Part shown: piece by piece, positions 14,923 to 33,409 of the stretch | Numbering within the stretch: the stretch's first letter is position 1 | Layout: each line of letters starts with the position of its first letter | Origin: the human T2T-CHM13v2.0 reference genome, Homo sapiens | DNA length: 64,000 nt | Assembly (NCBI RefSeq): GCF_009914755.1 | Contig: NC_060933.1 | Reading direction: 5' to 3' (one strand) | Notes under the pieces: generated by a model | Told to the model about the DNA's origin: nothing | The model's input: only the letters and a program-made list of their open reading frames with translations | Database searches by the model: none | Made by a program: the position numbers and the translations under genes

Positions 14923-16855
14923 GCTCACTTAGTTTAGGTACTTTCCACTGTTTATGTCTTAAAACTAACGATGACATCTGGACTTTGGACTAGAAACGTC
15001 AAGCTGATGAAGTCGTTTGTTCTTGTGTGCTTCTGTGATGATCCATGGAGGAGCTTAAGTCTAAAGATTGCCATTTTGCTATAGCTTTCAGGAAGAGAAA
15101 ATAAAAAGTAAAATACAAATTGAAGCATGTTCTCAGTTTACAGTCATAATTCTAGCTGAGCATTAGCGGACAGAATGTTAATACTTTGGAATCCACCAAG
15201 GCCATTTCTGCATCTGCCCCAGAACAACACAAATGCACAGGACTTTTGTTCCAGCGTGATTCATTTAGCTACAGTCAAGACCTTTGGCTGGTCAGGCATT
15301 GTATCTGTTACTTCTTATGTTTTATGTGCACAGTGTTCTATAGTTTTATCATGAATTGAAAGGTTAAGTTTCAAGTTCCTTCCCATTCCACAGAAAAATA
15401 TCCAGAAACTTTCCTAGTTCCTATGTCTTTATACTATAAAATTTCCTAAGATCATTTTTATGTTTTTTTTTTTCTACTCTTTAAAAATAGCTGTAGTTAC
15501 AGTGTCAAATTAGAACGGGGAACAAGGTGCTGATGTGATTCTGGTTGGACACTGTCTTGAAGGATCTGGGTGAATCACCAACTTAAAATCTCATGTTCTG
15601 AGCTCTACTTCCATGGAAAAAATACCAGCTTTATCTTTCCGATGGGCATATTGTGGGATTTAATGGATTTCAAAAATGTTCATAAAATTTTGGGAAAGAA
15701 ACTATTAAAATGGGACTTTAAAGTTCCTTTTATAACTAACCATAATATCAACTGCCTTTGCACTTTGTAAAAACCGGAATGTCTTAAAGTAAAATTGTTG
15801 TAGTTTTATTGAGGATTCTTGTGATAGTATAATTTTGTGCTTTTTTTTTTTTTTTTTAAAGGAACAATTTTAAGAATCTCATGTCATGAAGAATTTTTTT
15901 CAGATTAAGTTCTAGTTCAGTGTTTGGGAAGTACTATCTAGTGAAAACATTCTGGGTTTGAATGAGTTTGAGAAGAAAATTCCCGAAAAAGAAACGTATG
16001 ACAGTACCTAATTGAAAAAATGAGGAAGTTAATTCATATAGTGCCTATAAGGTACCTTTAAGCATTAGAAGAAATGCTCTGAGCAAGTTCCTCTCAAGTT
16101 CAGCAGAGTCAATCTTTAGGTCGGTCTCCATGTCAGGCTTTCACATGCTGAGACCCAGGTTGTGGTTAAGGGGCACCTCCAGCTGTGCTGATCAAGGCAC
16201 CCCAGGACCCCTCTCCATCGTGGTTCTCTGGCCGACTGCTGAGTTGGTTAAGCACAGCATTTCCTATGATGTGATGATTGGTGTTACAGGTCGCATGAGT
16301 GGTGCTGGTGTCACTTACAGAAGCCTCTGCAAGATCCAAGAAGTAGTCTAGGCCCGGTGCCCAATGAGAATTATAGTCCCTGGTGAAGAAATGCAGCTCT
16401 CAACTGATAATTTCCTGTCAGCTGGATGCAGGGATGACTCTTACACCTCAGAAAGTCAAGATATCTGCTTGTCGTGGAGCCTGTGCTGCCTGGCTGCCCC
16501 TCAGGCTACTTTCTAGTGGGAGAAATGGTGCCCATTGAGTCATAAACGGAAGGCTGGACCTTTCCATGGTTATGCTCCTGTTGTGGATGGTCAGGACTGT
16601 AGAAAAGGGCCTCACAGTACAGAAAGAAGAGCCAAATCTGAATCCTAATGGACCAGGCTGGATTTATAGCCTCAGAGGTTGCCCTGGTTTAATGTTGTAG
16701 CAGAATGAGTGGTAGCAGGGAAGGCCAGTCAGGGTCTAATTGGCTGCTTCTACTTTAACCACTTCTTGGAGACAGGATTGCAGGGCAAAGAGCTGTTGGC
16801 CAGCCTCAGGTTGCTTGTTGGGAGTCAGCAACTAGCTAGGTATCATGTAACTTAA

Positions 16856-17208
<353 letters not shown>

Positions 17209-17819
17209 TCCCAGTCTTCGTACCTTTATTTCCCTTGCCTTATCAACAGTTAACACTTTTTAAAAGGTCATGAGCCCAACCCCTTCCAGAAAATTCAGTT
17301 GCTACCTTAGATCCTTAAAAAGTGGTGTTTTGTTTGCTTTTTGTTCATCAGTATCTGCCATTGTGCTTCTAACTCACCATTAAGTTACTCCTCTGGGGCA
17401 GAAAGAAATTAGAGATCCAAGAGACAGGAATTTATTGCACATTAAGTTTGTTACTCATCAGAGATGGATGGTCTTTAAGAGTGATCAGTAAGAATGTGAG
17501 ATTGTTATTGCCATTAAAGACAAAATTACCAACTTAGCTTAGATCTTAACAGGCATTTATTCATGATTTTAGAATCGGATAGCCCTCCAAACCAGGGTAG
17601 GTTCAAAGAACTCCCATCTGTCACGTGGCCAGACGGCATTTATGAACAGAAAACAGAAATGAGGTAGAGAAAAACGACTGATACACAGAGACAGCTTGAT
17701 TGATAACCACTCGATGTGTACCTTTTTATATAATTTAAACAGTGCCTGTGTTGACTGGCTGCTATGATTGTCTGAGACTGTTACAAAAGTATGAAAACAT
17801 CTACTGTTATGCACTGTAA

Positions 17820-18462
<643 letters not shown>

Positions 18463-19024
18463 TATGCCTAAATTGGGCATTCAGTTAGTTCCATACTAAG
18501 TTAGGTTGCAGTTCATTACCCTAAGGACTTATGTACTGAGGTGTCCTCAGGCCAGATACTTTTAACCCACCTCAGGCGAGTGCTGAATGCAGTGCGAGTG
18601 CCAGCTACGGCAACTGTGTGAGGGGTGTTGAAAGTACAGATTCTTGAGCTTCACCCAGACTGAAATTAGGGCCCAGGAAACTGCAGTTTAAGAAGCACGT
18701 TCCCCCCACCCTTAAGTAACGTTAGAGGCACGGACCTACCATCACTCAGGTTAAAGAACTACCATTTTAGATTTTGGAGGTAGTTAAAAGTCATGGAGTT
18801 TTTTTTATTTTCTAATATTTGCAAGGCTGTATCTCAGGGATGAGGAGAAAATGATTTTATGCTCCTAATGACCTGAATCTTCCTGTTTCAAACCTGCGAT
18901 TAAGTTTTATATCAATATATGAATCTTAAAAGAGTTTGGAACTGTGGGATTGATTAAAGTTGTTGAGTTTGGAGTTCTGTGAATGTGCCTTCCAGATTGC
19001 TGAGATTATCAGCACATAGTGTTA

Positions 19025-19299
19025 CAGTCGTCCCTCAGTTTCCAGGACCCCTACAGATGCCAAAAACCATGTAGACTTAAGTTCCTTATATAACATGGTG
19101 TAGTATTTGCATATAACCTGCACACGTCTTCCCATATACTTTAAATCATCTCTAGATTACTTATAATGCCTAATACAATGTAAATGCTATATAAATAGCT
19201 GTTCTACTGTACTTGTTAATGAATATTATTTTTGTTGTTTTTTTCCCAAATATTTCTGATCCATGATTGGTTGAATCCACAGATGCGGAAGACCAGCTG
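19025..19299 (+). mobile_element. MER2 (TcMar-Tigger)
   Basis: ta|cagtcgtccctcag...tagtatttgcatataacct...ttgaatccacagatgcggaa...ctg|ta, with TA target duplication. Confidence 0.85.
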
Positions 19300-19829
19300 T
19301 ACTTGTGACTTGCCCATTCATGAGCCAGGCTTAGTTTTACCTATAGCCCCAGCCAGGTGACCCTTATCTGCCTTTGGCTATTAAGAAGGGACTGTTCTTG
19401 ATGGGGAAAAACCTTCAGGCATCAGTACAAATGATGTTGGTAGTTTAATCAGCAATGAAGCTCAGTCACTTTTAGATGACCTCTGGTTTATTCCTGAAAG
19501 CATACAAAACAAGAAGAGTGCTGCCAAACATTTAAAGAAGAAAACATACCATTTTTCACAGACTCAGGAAGAAGAAGAGTAAGGAATACTTACCAACTCA
19601 TTCTGTGAAACCAGTATTACCCTGATAGAAAATCCCTCATGAAAATATTGATAGTTACAAAAAACCATGAACAAGTCAAATAACATATAGAAAGATTTAG
19701 CTACATGGCCAGGTGAGACATGTTTAATACCAGAAAAACAATGTATTTTACCTATTAATAGATGACAGAAGGCAGGAGTCATCTCAAATGATGGGGAAAG
19801 AGCATTTGACAAAATCTAACACATATTCA

Positions 19830-20291
<462 letters not shown>

Positions 20292-20522
20292 TCATTATTG
20301 ACATTGTACTGCAGTTTCTAACCAGTGCAATAAAGCAAGGAAAAGCATCCAGATTGGCAAGGAAGAAATAAAGTTGTCTTGCTTTGCAGATGACATAATT
20401 CTGTATGTAGAAAATCCTAAAGGGTACATATAACCACACTCGTGTGCACACAACGGAGCTGATGAGTTCAGCAAGGTTGTAAGATACAAGATGTATATAC
20501 GAAAATTAGTTGTATATGTCTA

Positions 20523-20972
<450 letters not shown>

Positions 20973-21563
20973 CTACATAAATGGAGAGACATTCCATGTT
21001 CATAGGTTAGAAGACTCAAGATGGCAGTCCCTATCAAAATCCCAGCAGGCTTTTTTTCAGTAATTAACAAGCTGATCCTAAAATTTTTATGGGAATGCAA
21101 AGGACTCAGAATAGTCAAAAAAAAAATCTTGAAAAATAACAAATTTGGAGCATTTCCAAATGATAAAATTTACTATAAAGGTGTAGTAATCAAGACAATG
21201 TGGTATAAGGATAGACATATATATGTATATATCAATTGAAGATTTGAGGGTCCTGAAATTAGCCCTTAGATTCATTCTTAATCAGTTTTGCTCACAGGTG
21301 CCAAGGCATTTCAATGTGGAGAAGATTTGCCCTTTCGACAAATGAGGCTTGAAGCATTGGATATTCACATGCAAAATGATGGATTTAGATCCTTATATTT
21401 TCCACAAAAATTAACTCAAAATGGACCATACACCCAAATGTAAGAGTTAAAACTCTAAAACTTAGAAGAAAACATGGGCAAGAATTTTCATGACTCTGGG
21501 TTGGGCAAAAATTTCTCGTGTGACACCAAAAGCACAATCTTTCAAAGGTAAAATTGATGAATT

Positions 21564-21869
21564 GGTACGGTGCGGTGGCTCACACCCGTAATCCCAGCAC
21601 TTTGGGAGGCCCAGGCAGGTGGATCACGAGGTCAGGAGTTGGAGACCAGACTGGCGAACATGGAAAAAGCCCATCTCTACTCTAAAAATACAAAAAAATT
21701 AGCTGGGCATGGTGGGCACCCGTAATCCGAGCTACTCAGGAGGCTGAGGCAGGAGAATCACCTGAAACCACGAGGCAGAGGTTGGAGTGAGCCAACATTG
21801 TGCCACTGCACTCCAGCCTGGGCGACAGAGCGAGACTCTGTCTCAAAAAAAAAAACAAAAAAAAAAAAA
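21564..21869 (+). mobile_element. AluS
   Basis: Alu consensus. Confidence 0.93.
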
Positions 21870-22883
21870 CTAATGAATTGGACTTCATCTAAGTTAAAAA
21901 CTTGTGTCTCATAAGCCACCATTAAAGAAATGAAAAAAATTACAGATGGGAAAAAGTATTTGCAAATCATATTGATAAAAGATTTATATCTAGAATGTAT
22001 GAAGAAATCTTCAGGAAGTAATTCATGTAAAAGACAAAGGATTTGAATAGATATTTCTCTAAAAGAAGATATAAAATGGCCAATAAACATTGAAAAGATG
22101 CTCAACATCTTTGGCCATTAGAGAAATACTAATTAAAAGTATGAGATACCACTTCTCTCACACTAGGGTGACTATAATAAAAGATAGTAAGAAGTGTTGG
22201 TCAGGGTGTTGAGAAACTAGTTGCAGCCCCTTTGGATAGCAGTTTGGTAATTTCCTATGGTAAATACAAATTTACCATATTCGTAGGAATAGACCCATGT
22301 GAATTTTAAAATATATGTCTATAGGAAACTTGTAAACTAATACTTGTAGCTGCATCATGTAGTTCATATAGATCTTTGTATCTCTATTCTTGGTGCCAAA
22401 CTGGAAATAACCCAAATTTCCATAAGCTGGTGAATTGATAAACACAGTAGGTTATATACGCACAAAGGAATCTTGCTCAGATATGAAAAGTGACGAAGTA
22501 CATGCTACAACATGGATGAACCTCAAAAACTGATAAAATGAAAGAAGCCAAGGGGAAAATACCATGTATTGTATGGTTCCATTTATATGAAATGTCCTGA
22601 AGAGGGAAAACTGTAGGGACAGGAAGTGGATTAGCAGGGGGCTGGGATTTGGGCTGCCTGTGGACAGTAGCTGCGAATGGGCACAAGGAGCCCTTTTGGG
22701 ATGAGGGGAATGTTTAAGATTGGTTAAAATTACTAAAATAAGTAGAATAGGTGATTTTATGACCTGTATGTAAATTCCACCTCAATAAAGCTGTTCAAGG
22801 CTCCTGAGATGAGACATGAATTCTAAAAGGAAAGTGTGGGAAGAAGTTTATGATTGTGGTTGTGGGCTGGTGCCTTAGAATTT

Positions 22884-23182
22884 GTTTTTTGCTTTTGTTT
22901 GAGACAGGGTCTTGCTCTGTCGCCCAGGCTAGAGTGCAGTGGGTCAGTCTCAGCTCCCTGCAGCCTCTGCCTCCCGGGTTAAAGTGATTCTCCCACCTCA
23001 GCCTCCCAAGTAGCTGGGATTACAGGCACACGCCACCATGCCTGGCTACGTTTTGTATTTTTAGTAGAGATGGCATTTCACCATGTTGGCCAGGCTGGTC
23101 TCAAACTTCCAACCTCAGGTGATCCTCCCATCTCAGTCTCCCAAAGTGCTGGGGTTACAGGTATGAGCCACCGGGCCGGGCC
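22884..23182 (-). mobile_element. Alu
   Basis: Alu consensus, reverse. Confidence 0.93.
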
Positions 23183-24012
23183 TTAGCACTTGTATTGCTA
23201 ACAAGCTCCCAGGTGGCGTGTTGCTTCCATTCAAAGCCCTGGGACTAGACCCAGTGCCCTGTGTGATAGGATATCCACTTGTGTCTGAATGAGGTGAATG
23301 CCTGAGGGGGGCCCTGATCGCCATGGTGCTCCGGGTAAAATCTGGTGACCAGTGACAGGGCTGAAGTCCTGAAAAGCTAAAGGTTTCCCCTTTAGGAAAG
23401 AAAATGGTGAAAACCAAAAGATCCTGAGGAGGAGGCTGTCATGAGTTGCAAAGCTCTTGTTGAAAAGCGCGGGAGGAGTGGCTGAGATCAAGAACAGGAA
23501 CACAAGAAGCTACAAGTGCTGGCTGAGCTGGGCATCCAGGCACAGCCACGGAGATGCGCTCCCGGAAGCAGCTTGTCACTCGGCCTGTGGACACTGCAGG
23601 GGACAGGGCTGAGTGAGCGAGACCGTGCTGCAAGGCCCACAAGTGACCAAGCGCTCAACGAAGTACCTTGGCCCTGGGCAGGCCCTCCTGATGCTGGAAA
23701 TCCGGTCCTGCCTGGAGACTCAAGGAAGGTTAGCCAGTGAGAAAGGCAGATCCCAAAGACATGGCCCACAGACCAGAGTGCAAAAGGCCGAAACCAAACC
23801 CCAAGAATACAAGCAAAACAGTTAAGCTGAGTATAGACCCTCATGCAGTTTATTTTCACTCCTTGTAGTTCTTTATCTGAAATCTGCTTTAGGTGAGTTT
23901 AGCTGGGAATTAAGTTGGTTGTGCTAGGGAGGGCACTGCCCTCAGGGTGGGAACTGTGAGGAGGTGGACTTGGGTCATCGGGCTGTGGCCAAGAGCCCCC
24001 TTTTTGTTACTA

Positions 24013-24555
<543 letters not shown>

Positions 24556-26320
24556 GAATTCAGGCTACTGCTGTGAGAAACCGGCTCTGCCAAAGAACCT
24601 TCCAGAGCCCACTTTGGAGATGGGAGGAAACTCGTTTGTGCATGCTCCATGCATATATGCCCTGCACCATGTTTGTGTGGATTTGAAATGTGCTGGCTGG
24701 AGCAAATGTGAGAGCACACAGATGACAGTGTGGAGGGCCAGAAGCAGTGGTGGTCATCTGACATCTGTGGTTCTGTGGGGTGTTTTGAAAGTTTTTTTGA
24801 GAAAAATTAGCTATGGAGGCGATCTTACAAGTCAGCCCAGCACCAGGGTCAATTTATATGGGAAAATATCCCATCAAGGTCCTGCACAGGGCCGGGTGCA
24901 CTCCGTAGCGCGTCCACTGACACCAGACCATGCATGGGGCTCGCCCGAGAGTCAGGCCTGGCTCTTCACGTTCCCTTGTGCTGCCTCCTTCCCGTGTCCA
25001 AAATGGACATGGATGAGAGAAGGAAGCAAAAGGTATGTTTAATCCTTTGCTGCCAAAGTCCCTGGACTTTGAGGGAGAAACAGATCAAACATGTCAGAGG
25101 CCTTTGGGGTGGGGAAAGGGAAAGTCATTTGCGAAACAGAATGCCATCCAGGAGCAGATGCTAGCAGGGACAGTCTGGAGGCGAGATGTTACGGAGGCTG
25201 TTTGGGATAACAATTCATATGGATTTCAAGAGTCTCTTCTACTGGAATCCCTTGCTGGAGGGAGCACCTTATTTTTGCTGTTCTAATGCCTTCTGTGTGT
25301 GTTTTTGGTCACAAGGTTTCTCCATGTCAGGTTCCACTGCTGTCATTCAAGGGATATTCTCGCTTTACTGGTGTGACTGGGGATCCCCTCTATATTTCCC
25401 TTTTGGTGTCCTTTGCAAGCCACCCTAGGCCCTCCCACTGTTTCCATGGACTGCATCATCTTTGTGTGAGCTAGCGGTCAGTCCAGTGCCAGCTCCAGCC
25501 TTGTCCCCACAGGCAGTGACTGCCAGGGCCCTGTCTCCTCTCAGGCTTGGGACATGCATCTTTCTCCAAGATCCACCCAAGAATGATAGCAGGGGTCCAG
25601 ATCTAAAGGGAAGATGTGCCTTTGGGGCTCCAATGGGCCTCACTCTCCATTCTTATGTGTCCATGTTTGCCCTGTCTCAGTTTTTGAGGAGAGCAACTCA
25701 AGGTCATGCCAACCACACTCATTCTGTTGTGAGAGCTGTGCTTTCACCTGAATGCTCTGTATATATTTGAAAATCTGTAGTGTCACGTGCAAATTCAAGT
25801 TTTAAGAATGCCTGTACTACAGTGAAGGTGGAGTGGCTGCGCTTGGGAACTGGTTACTTTCTTTGTACAGCAGAAGAACTGTGAGATGGGCTTGAGGCCA
25901 AGGGAAAAGGGAATTAGAATGATGCCACTGTCTGCCTCTGACAGGGAAAACCTTAACCTGGACGTTATACCCCGTGTCACAGAAGACTCAGGCAGCAGCC
26001 ATTCCAGACCTGCTTTGGTTGATTTTATGTCTGTCTGTGTGTGTGTGCTAGCCCCACTGAGTATCAGTGATATTCTTATCTAAATTACATGCCAAAGAAT
26101 AAAGCCAAGTGTCTGGCCTAGGCAGGGTGTTTTCCTCTCTATTTTGGAGAAATTGTGGTTATAGCAGTAATGAATAACAGTTAATGGATACACAGCAGCC
26201 ATGCTGGATTGGGAGGCTGCCTCCGAAAGTGCACCCCCGCCCCCAGAGACTTTGTTATAAGTTTGAGATTGCCTTTTTAAATCTCCATTTGATAACTGAT
26301 CCAAAGAAGTTCTTAGAATT

Positions 26321-26653
<333 letters not shown>

Positions 26654-27404
26654 TTAAGAAGTAGAATCTAATCTACCAGGGTATCTTTGAATGAAAGTCT
26701 CTTAAGAATAAAGCATTGTTTGGATTTGTGGGTGTGAGGACCTAGAGAGACGCTTGGAAACTCTCACTTAGGGGAGACGGGCACAGAAATGTCTTGACAT
26801 GGAGCATACATATGGGGATAGGACCTTATGCTCGGTTATAATTTCCTTCCTCGTGTTGTCTGCGGATAGCTACTATCAAGACAGTGCCGCTTATAAACAC
26901 TCTCCAAGTGAGTACCAAGCTGGCTGGACCTCCCCAGGATCAAGCTGCCTCAGCTTGGAATTTTAGAAGCACCTCTTGGAAGAAGCCAAGATGGAGAGAA
27001 ATTTTGTGTAGGCCAGGAACGTTCCAAACACCTGGAAGCCAAAGTAAGCTTAGCTGTAAAAGTAACGTTCCAAACACCCGGGAGCCAAAGTAAGATTAGT
27101 AAGATTAGCTGAGCACATCTTACTAACACCCAACAAAATAAGGACTCAAGGAGAACTGTGCCTGCCCAAGGGCACTGGGCAGGAGCCCAAGTCATGCCCT
27201 TCTCATTGTAGTAAGAGCTCAAATTTAATGAACCACAGAACACAGGCACACACAGGGACTTCGATCCATGTGTATGTTTTCTATATAGAGCATAAAATTC
27301 TTCACAGTCACCTTACCCTGACAGGCATTGTTACCACGCCCGTGTTACAGAAGGGGCAGGCTGAGTGTGTTGGGGGGGAACTTAGCCTGTGGTCTGAGGA
27401 TCTA

Positions 27405-27924
<520 letters not shown>

Positions 27925-28287
27925 TTAACTTGGGGGTAGTCTGTTTATTGCTGTTCTTTAAACTGTGCAGCTAAGTGTTAATACTCATTAGTATGCATGG
28001 TAAACCCCACACTTTGAAAGGTTGTGGTCCGCCTCCTCCAGTCTCTCCCATTAGTGTCTGAGTATGACTTTTCCAGTGGCTTCTGTTCAGATCAGTCCAG
28101 GCCATCTTGCTTCTCTTGCTCAGCAATGCCACGAAGTCAGTCACATATATAAGAGGGTCTCTGACTGGGGCCTTGTACCCCAGCCAGCTGTCTTTAAGAT
28201 TGTCACTGTTTTATTTATCCCTTGATTAGATCACATGATAGCCAGTGGATCACTGTTTCTAATTTGCTGCAACAAATGAAGTTGCTC

Positions 28288-28608
<321 letters not shown>

Positions 28609-28768
28609 TTATTTTAAAGTAATAGTAAGAAGAAACAACAGTTTACTGTTTGCAGGCACTTTTCAGGATGGTTTACATATGTCATCTCATTAATTCCTCA
28701 TTTAACAGATATTACTGTCACCTTTTTATAGATGTGGAAATTGAGGCAGAGGGATGGTAAATAAGTAG

Positions 28769-29185
<417 letters not shown>

Positions 29186-29379
29186 TGAAAGGGTTTTTAA
29201 AATTTTGGGATGATAGAGAGGAGAGATATATTTGCTCTCAAAAGATATGTATTCATACTCGCTTCATACCCTCTAGAATGACTCTAGTAAAAAAGACAAT
29301 AACAGGTGCTGGTGAGGAGGTAGAGAAATTGACACCCTTCTACCCTGCTGGTGGGAAGCAATGCAAAAGGGCGCAGCTG

Positions 29380-29692
29380 TGCCGGGTGCAGTGGCTCACG
29401 CCTGTAATCTCAACAATTTGGGAGGCCAAGGTGGGTGGATGGCTTGAGCCCAGGGATTGGAAACCAGCCTAGGCCACATGGCAAAACCTCATCTCTACAA
29501 AAAAATACAAAAATTAGCTGGGTGTGGTGGCGCATGCCTGTAGTCCCAGGGAGGCTGAGCAGGGAGAATCATTTGAGCCTTGGAGGTCAGGGCTGCCAGA
29601 GAGCCATGATTGTGCCACTGCACTCCAGCCTGGGTGACAGAGCGAGACTCCGTCTCAAAAAATAAAAAAAAGATTCAAAAAATAAAAATAAA
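29380..29692 (+). mobile_element. AluJ
   Basis: Diverged dimer. Confidence 0.9.
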
Positions 29693-29980
29693 GTGGTGCA
29701 GCTGCTGTGGAAAACAGGAGGTTCCTCAAAAAGTTAAGCACAGGATTACCATGTGACCCAGCAATTCTTTTCCTCAGTGGAAATGAAAAGACATATCCAC
29801 ACAAATGTTCACAGCAGCATTATCCACAATAGCCAAAAAGCAGAAACAAGCTAAATGTCCGTTGGCTGACGAATGGATATGTGGTTTATCTCTAGCATGG
29901 AGAATTATTTGGGCCATAAAAAGGAATGACATTCTGATACATCCTATAAGATAAATGCATTTTAAAAATGTACTAAGTGT

Positions 29981-30276
<296 letters not shown>

Positions 30277-32397
30277 GAAAGTACTAAGTGAAAGAAGTCA
30301 CAAAAGGCCACATTTCATGATTCCACTGATATTAAATGTCCAGAACTGGCAAATCTGAAGAGGCAGAAAGTAGATTGGTGGTTTCCGGGGCCTGGGAGGG
30401 GCAGGTGGGAAGGGAGTGTAACTGTTTATGGGTCTGGGGTTTTTCTTGGGGACTATGAAAATGTTCTGGAGATCATTGGTGGTGATGGGAGTCTGACTTT
30501 GTGAATCTACTAAAACCCATTGAATAATGCTCTCAGTGGGTGAATTTTACAGTGTGTCAATTATCTCTCAGTTTTTAAGATCTCCATGATCTAGCCTGGA
30601 GGACAAAGGCTGCAGGCCCTTTGTCATGCCAGCATCCTGACCTGGTGCTGCCTGTGTCCAGGGGACCTGAATAGATTCACACTGTGGCCTGGATAGCCGT
30701 GCCAGCACACAGGAGGCTGCCATCCTCCTTGTGTCCCCCAGGCCACACCTCCTCCCCTTGTTCCTCACTCTACTGCTCCATTTACACTCATATGTGCCCA
30801 CCCACAGTTCCGGGTTTACCGGCGCCTTCCTGTGTGCTGGGCTCTGCTCTAGTCCTGCGTACACGGTGAGTGGGATGAGGGCTGGCCCTTGAGGCTCATG
30901 GTCTGGCGAGGAGACAGTAAGTCAGCAAGTCACAAGCAAGATGGACAGGAGGGCAGCGGGCCCGGGGTGGGGACGGTACTTTGGAATGTGCGTTCTCAAA
31001 CATCCTGGGGAGGTGATATCTGAGCCGAGACTCTTACTGGGAGCCCCAGAGGCTTGCTCTGGGACAAGGCTGTCCTCTGATTTATTGCCCCATTACAGTG
31101 AGACTGAAGGAGACTGCTCACTAAGAGAACTTCTGGCATCTTTAGGAAACAGGAAGAGACAACCCTTCTAGGACTGGGGAGAAGGATGGAGCTGGGGTAA
31201 AGTTAAGTGCAGCAATGTATTGATAGGCCTGAAGCAAAGCAGGCCTATGTGGATGGGGCCACAGCAGGACTGGACTGCAGAGTGGCTGAGGCCGGTTTCT
31301 CCGGAAACAGCAGAGTTGAGAGTGACACGAATGTCCAAGCCACTGTCTGAGGCTCTCGCCTCTGACGGTGTCTGCATCTTCCTGACTCAGGCCCTGGGCG
31401 ACCATGGGCTGCTTCATCCTCACTGCTGTCATTTCAAATGTTTGAGCTCTGTAGCTGGTCTTACCTGGATGTCCTCAGGCAGAGGAAGGAGAGGGGGGCC
31501 CGTCCACTTTCACCGCAGGCTCTACAGCAGGCCACCCAGCCAGCACTTAGCAACAGCCACCAGCCCCTTCATGATGCTCAGAGCCATGGGGGGATGAATG
31601 TCACACTCCTCATTATGCTGCACACGTGGGAACCCTTAGACAAATACATGTAACATAGAGATTTGGCTGCTTCGCTCCACGTGCAAAACATGCTGAGTGC
31701 CAGTAGTACAGGGCACCATTTGAACTAAACCGGCCTGACAGAGGCCGGGAAGAAAGATCCACCTGTGGAGAGGACACTGCAGTGAGGCCCAGGGAGCAGG
31801 AAGAGTGGGTTAGGGAAGGGGCAGAGGCCCTGGGCCAGGCAGCCGCAGCTGCTTCCGTTAGAGGGACAGAGTGCCAGGAGAAGGGTAGGGCCAGCCCGGT
31901 GAGCCTGGCCTCACTCAGCGCTGGAGGCAAGAGTCATGCGTGGTGTGTGTGTGTCATGTATATGTACTCAAGTCCTTGTATCCTCTCCTCCTTGTCAAAC
32001 ACAGGCGCATGCACACAGCATGCATGCACACACACTGGTGTTTGTCTTCATTCTGTCACCAACAGACTTCCCTGTGAGGTCTTCTCATGCAGGTGTCCCC
32101 GCTATGTCACACCGTGCAGTTGTGTCCACCAGAGAGGACCCTTTATGCGCTCTGCCACCTCATTCAAGGGCCTCACAGGGATGTGAACTTGCCATCACAA
32201 ATGTGGGGGACTGGGCCACCCATTCTCTTGTTCGGAAAGTCACCACCCCAGCTGACAAAGTCATTGCAGTGGGAGACTCGAAAGCTGGACCCTGTGAGCA
32301 ACAGGGCAGCTGAAGAACCCACACTCTGTGCAAGCAAAGCACTAGCGAGATAGCGCAGCCACGGGGATGCCAGGACAGGCCCTGGGCCCTGCTCCTG

Positions 32398-32849
32398 GTG
32401 TGTGGTGTGTGTGTGTTTGGGTGGTGTGTGGTGTGTGCTGTGTGTTTACGCTATGTATAGTATATGTGGTGTGAGTCCAGTGTGTGCAGTGTGCGAGGGG
32501 TGTGTGTGTGTGGTGTGTCTGGTGTGCGTGTGGTGTGTACGTGGTATGTGTATATGTGGCATGGTGCATGTGGTGTTTGTGGTATGTATATGCAGTGTGT
32601 GGTATATGTGGTGTATGGTGTATGTGGTGTGTGGTATACGTGGTGTGTATGTGGTGTGTTGTATATGTGGTGTGTGTGTGGTATGTGTATGTGGTGCATG
32701 TGGTGTGATATGTGTATATGTGGTGTGTGTGGTAGGTGTGTTGTGTATATTGTGGTGTATGTGTGGTATGTATATGGTATGAGTGTGTTGTGTATGGTGT
32801 GTGACACGTGTGTTGTGTGTGGTGCGTGTGTGTTTATTGTGTGTGGTGT
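32398..32849. repeat. (TG/GTGTG/TATG)n low-complexity tract
   Basis: ~450 bp of nearly pure G/T alternation. Confidence 0.95.
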
Positions 32850-33409
32850 CCTCTGTTCCCGCCTGTCCTGTGTCATCCTGGGATCGGGGAGCCTCTCCCT
32901 CAGGGAAGGAGCTCACACCACAAACCCAAGCATGACCCGGGCTTTCACAGTGAGGCTGGGGCCACTGCTGGGTCCTGTGTGGGTTCAGTAGACCTCAAGC
33001 CACATTGAGAAAACACCCCAGAGCCTCACAGACAGCACCTGACTGAGAGCTCAGAAGGGCAGAGAGTCCCCACCAAAGTTTATTACCTACTTATATGTTT
33101 GGGATTGACATAAAATAAATTCTCATTGGGGTCATGTTCCAAAAACCTTTGAAAAGTTCTACTTTAGTTGAATCATTGTGCATGGATTGAACGTGGTTGG
33201 GTCTACCACAGAGACTCTCACCCACAGATCATTAAATAAGTATGTTTGGTCTTGGCTATTTCAGAGAATTATGTAACAATGTATGTGGACGGTGCATGTG
33301 TGGACGCCGTTGATGAGCAGTTGATCTAGTTGGTCTAGTGGCCGTATCCCATAAAGAGAAGTAATTTTGTTGGGTATGATAATCAGTTCATGCTGCCTCT
33401 AGACCCGCC

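Noticed and set aside
14968-15045. GAAAC..GTC..CTGATGA hammerhead-like words and a nearby GTGATGA C-box
   Set aside because: Only 6 nt separate GAAAC and CTGATGA, too few for the required stems; no well-placed D box with terminal stem for a snoRNA.
23380-23830. CpG-retaining unique stretch with overlapping short ORFs and a CCGGAAG ETS motif
   Set aside because: No recognisable protein or clear splice pair; too weak to call an exon or regulatory element.
32342-33008. Cys/Val- and His/Thr-rich ORFs up to 175 aa
   Set aside because: Translations of the (TG)n low-complexity tract.
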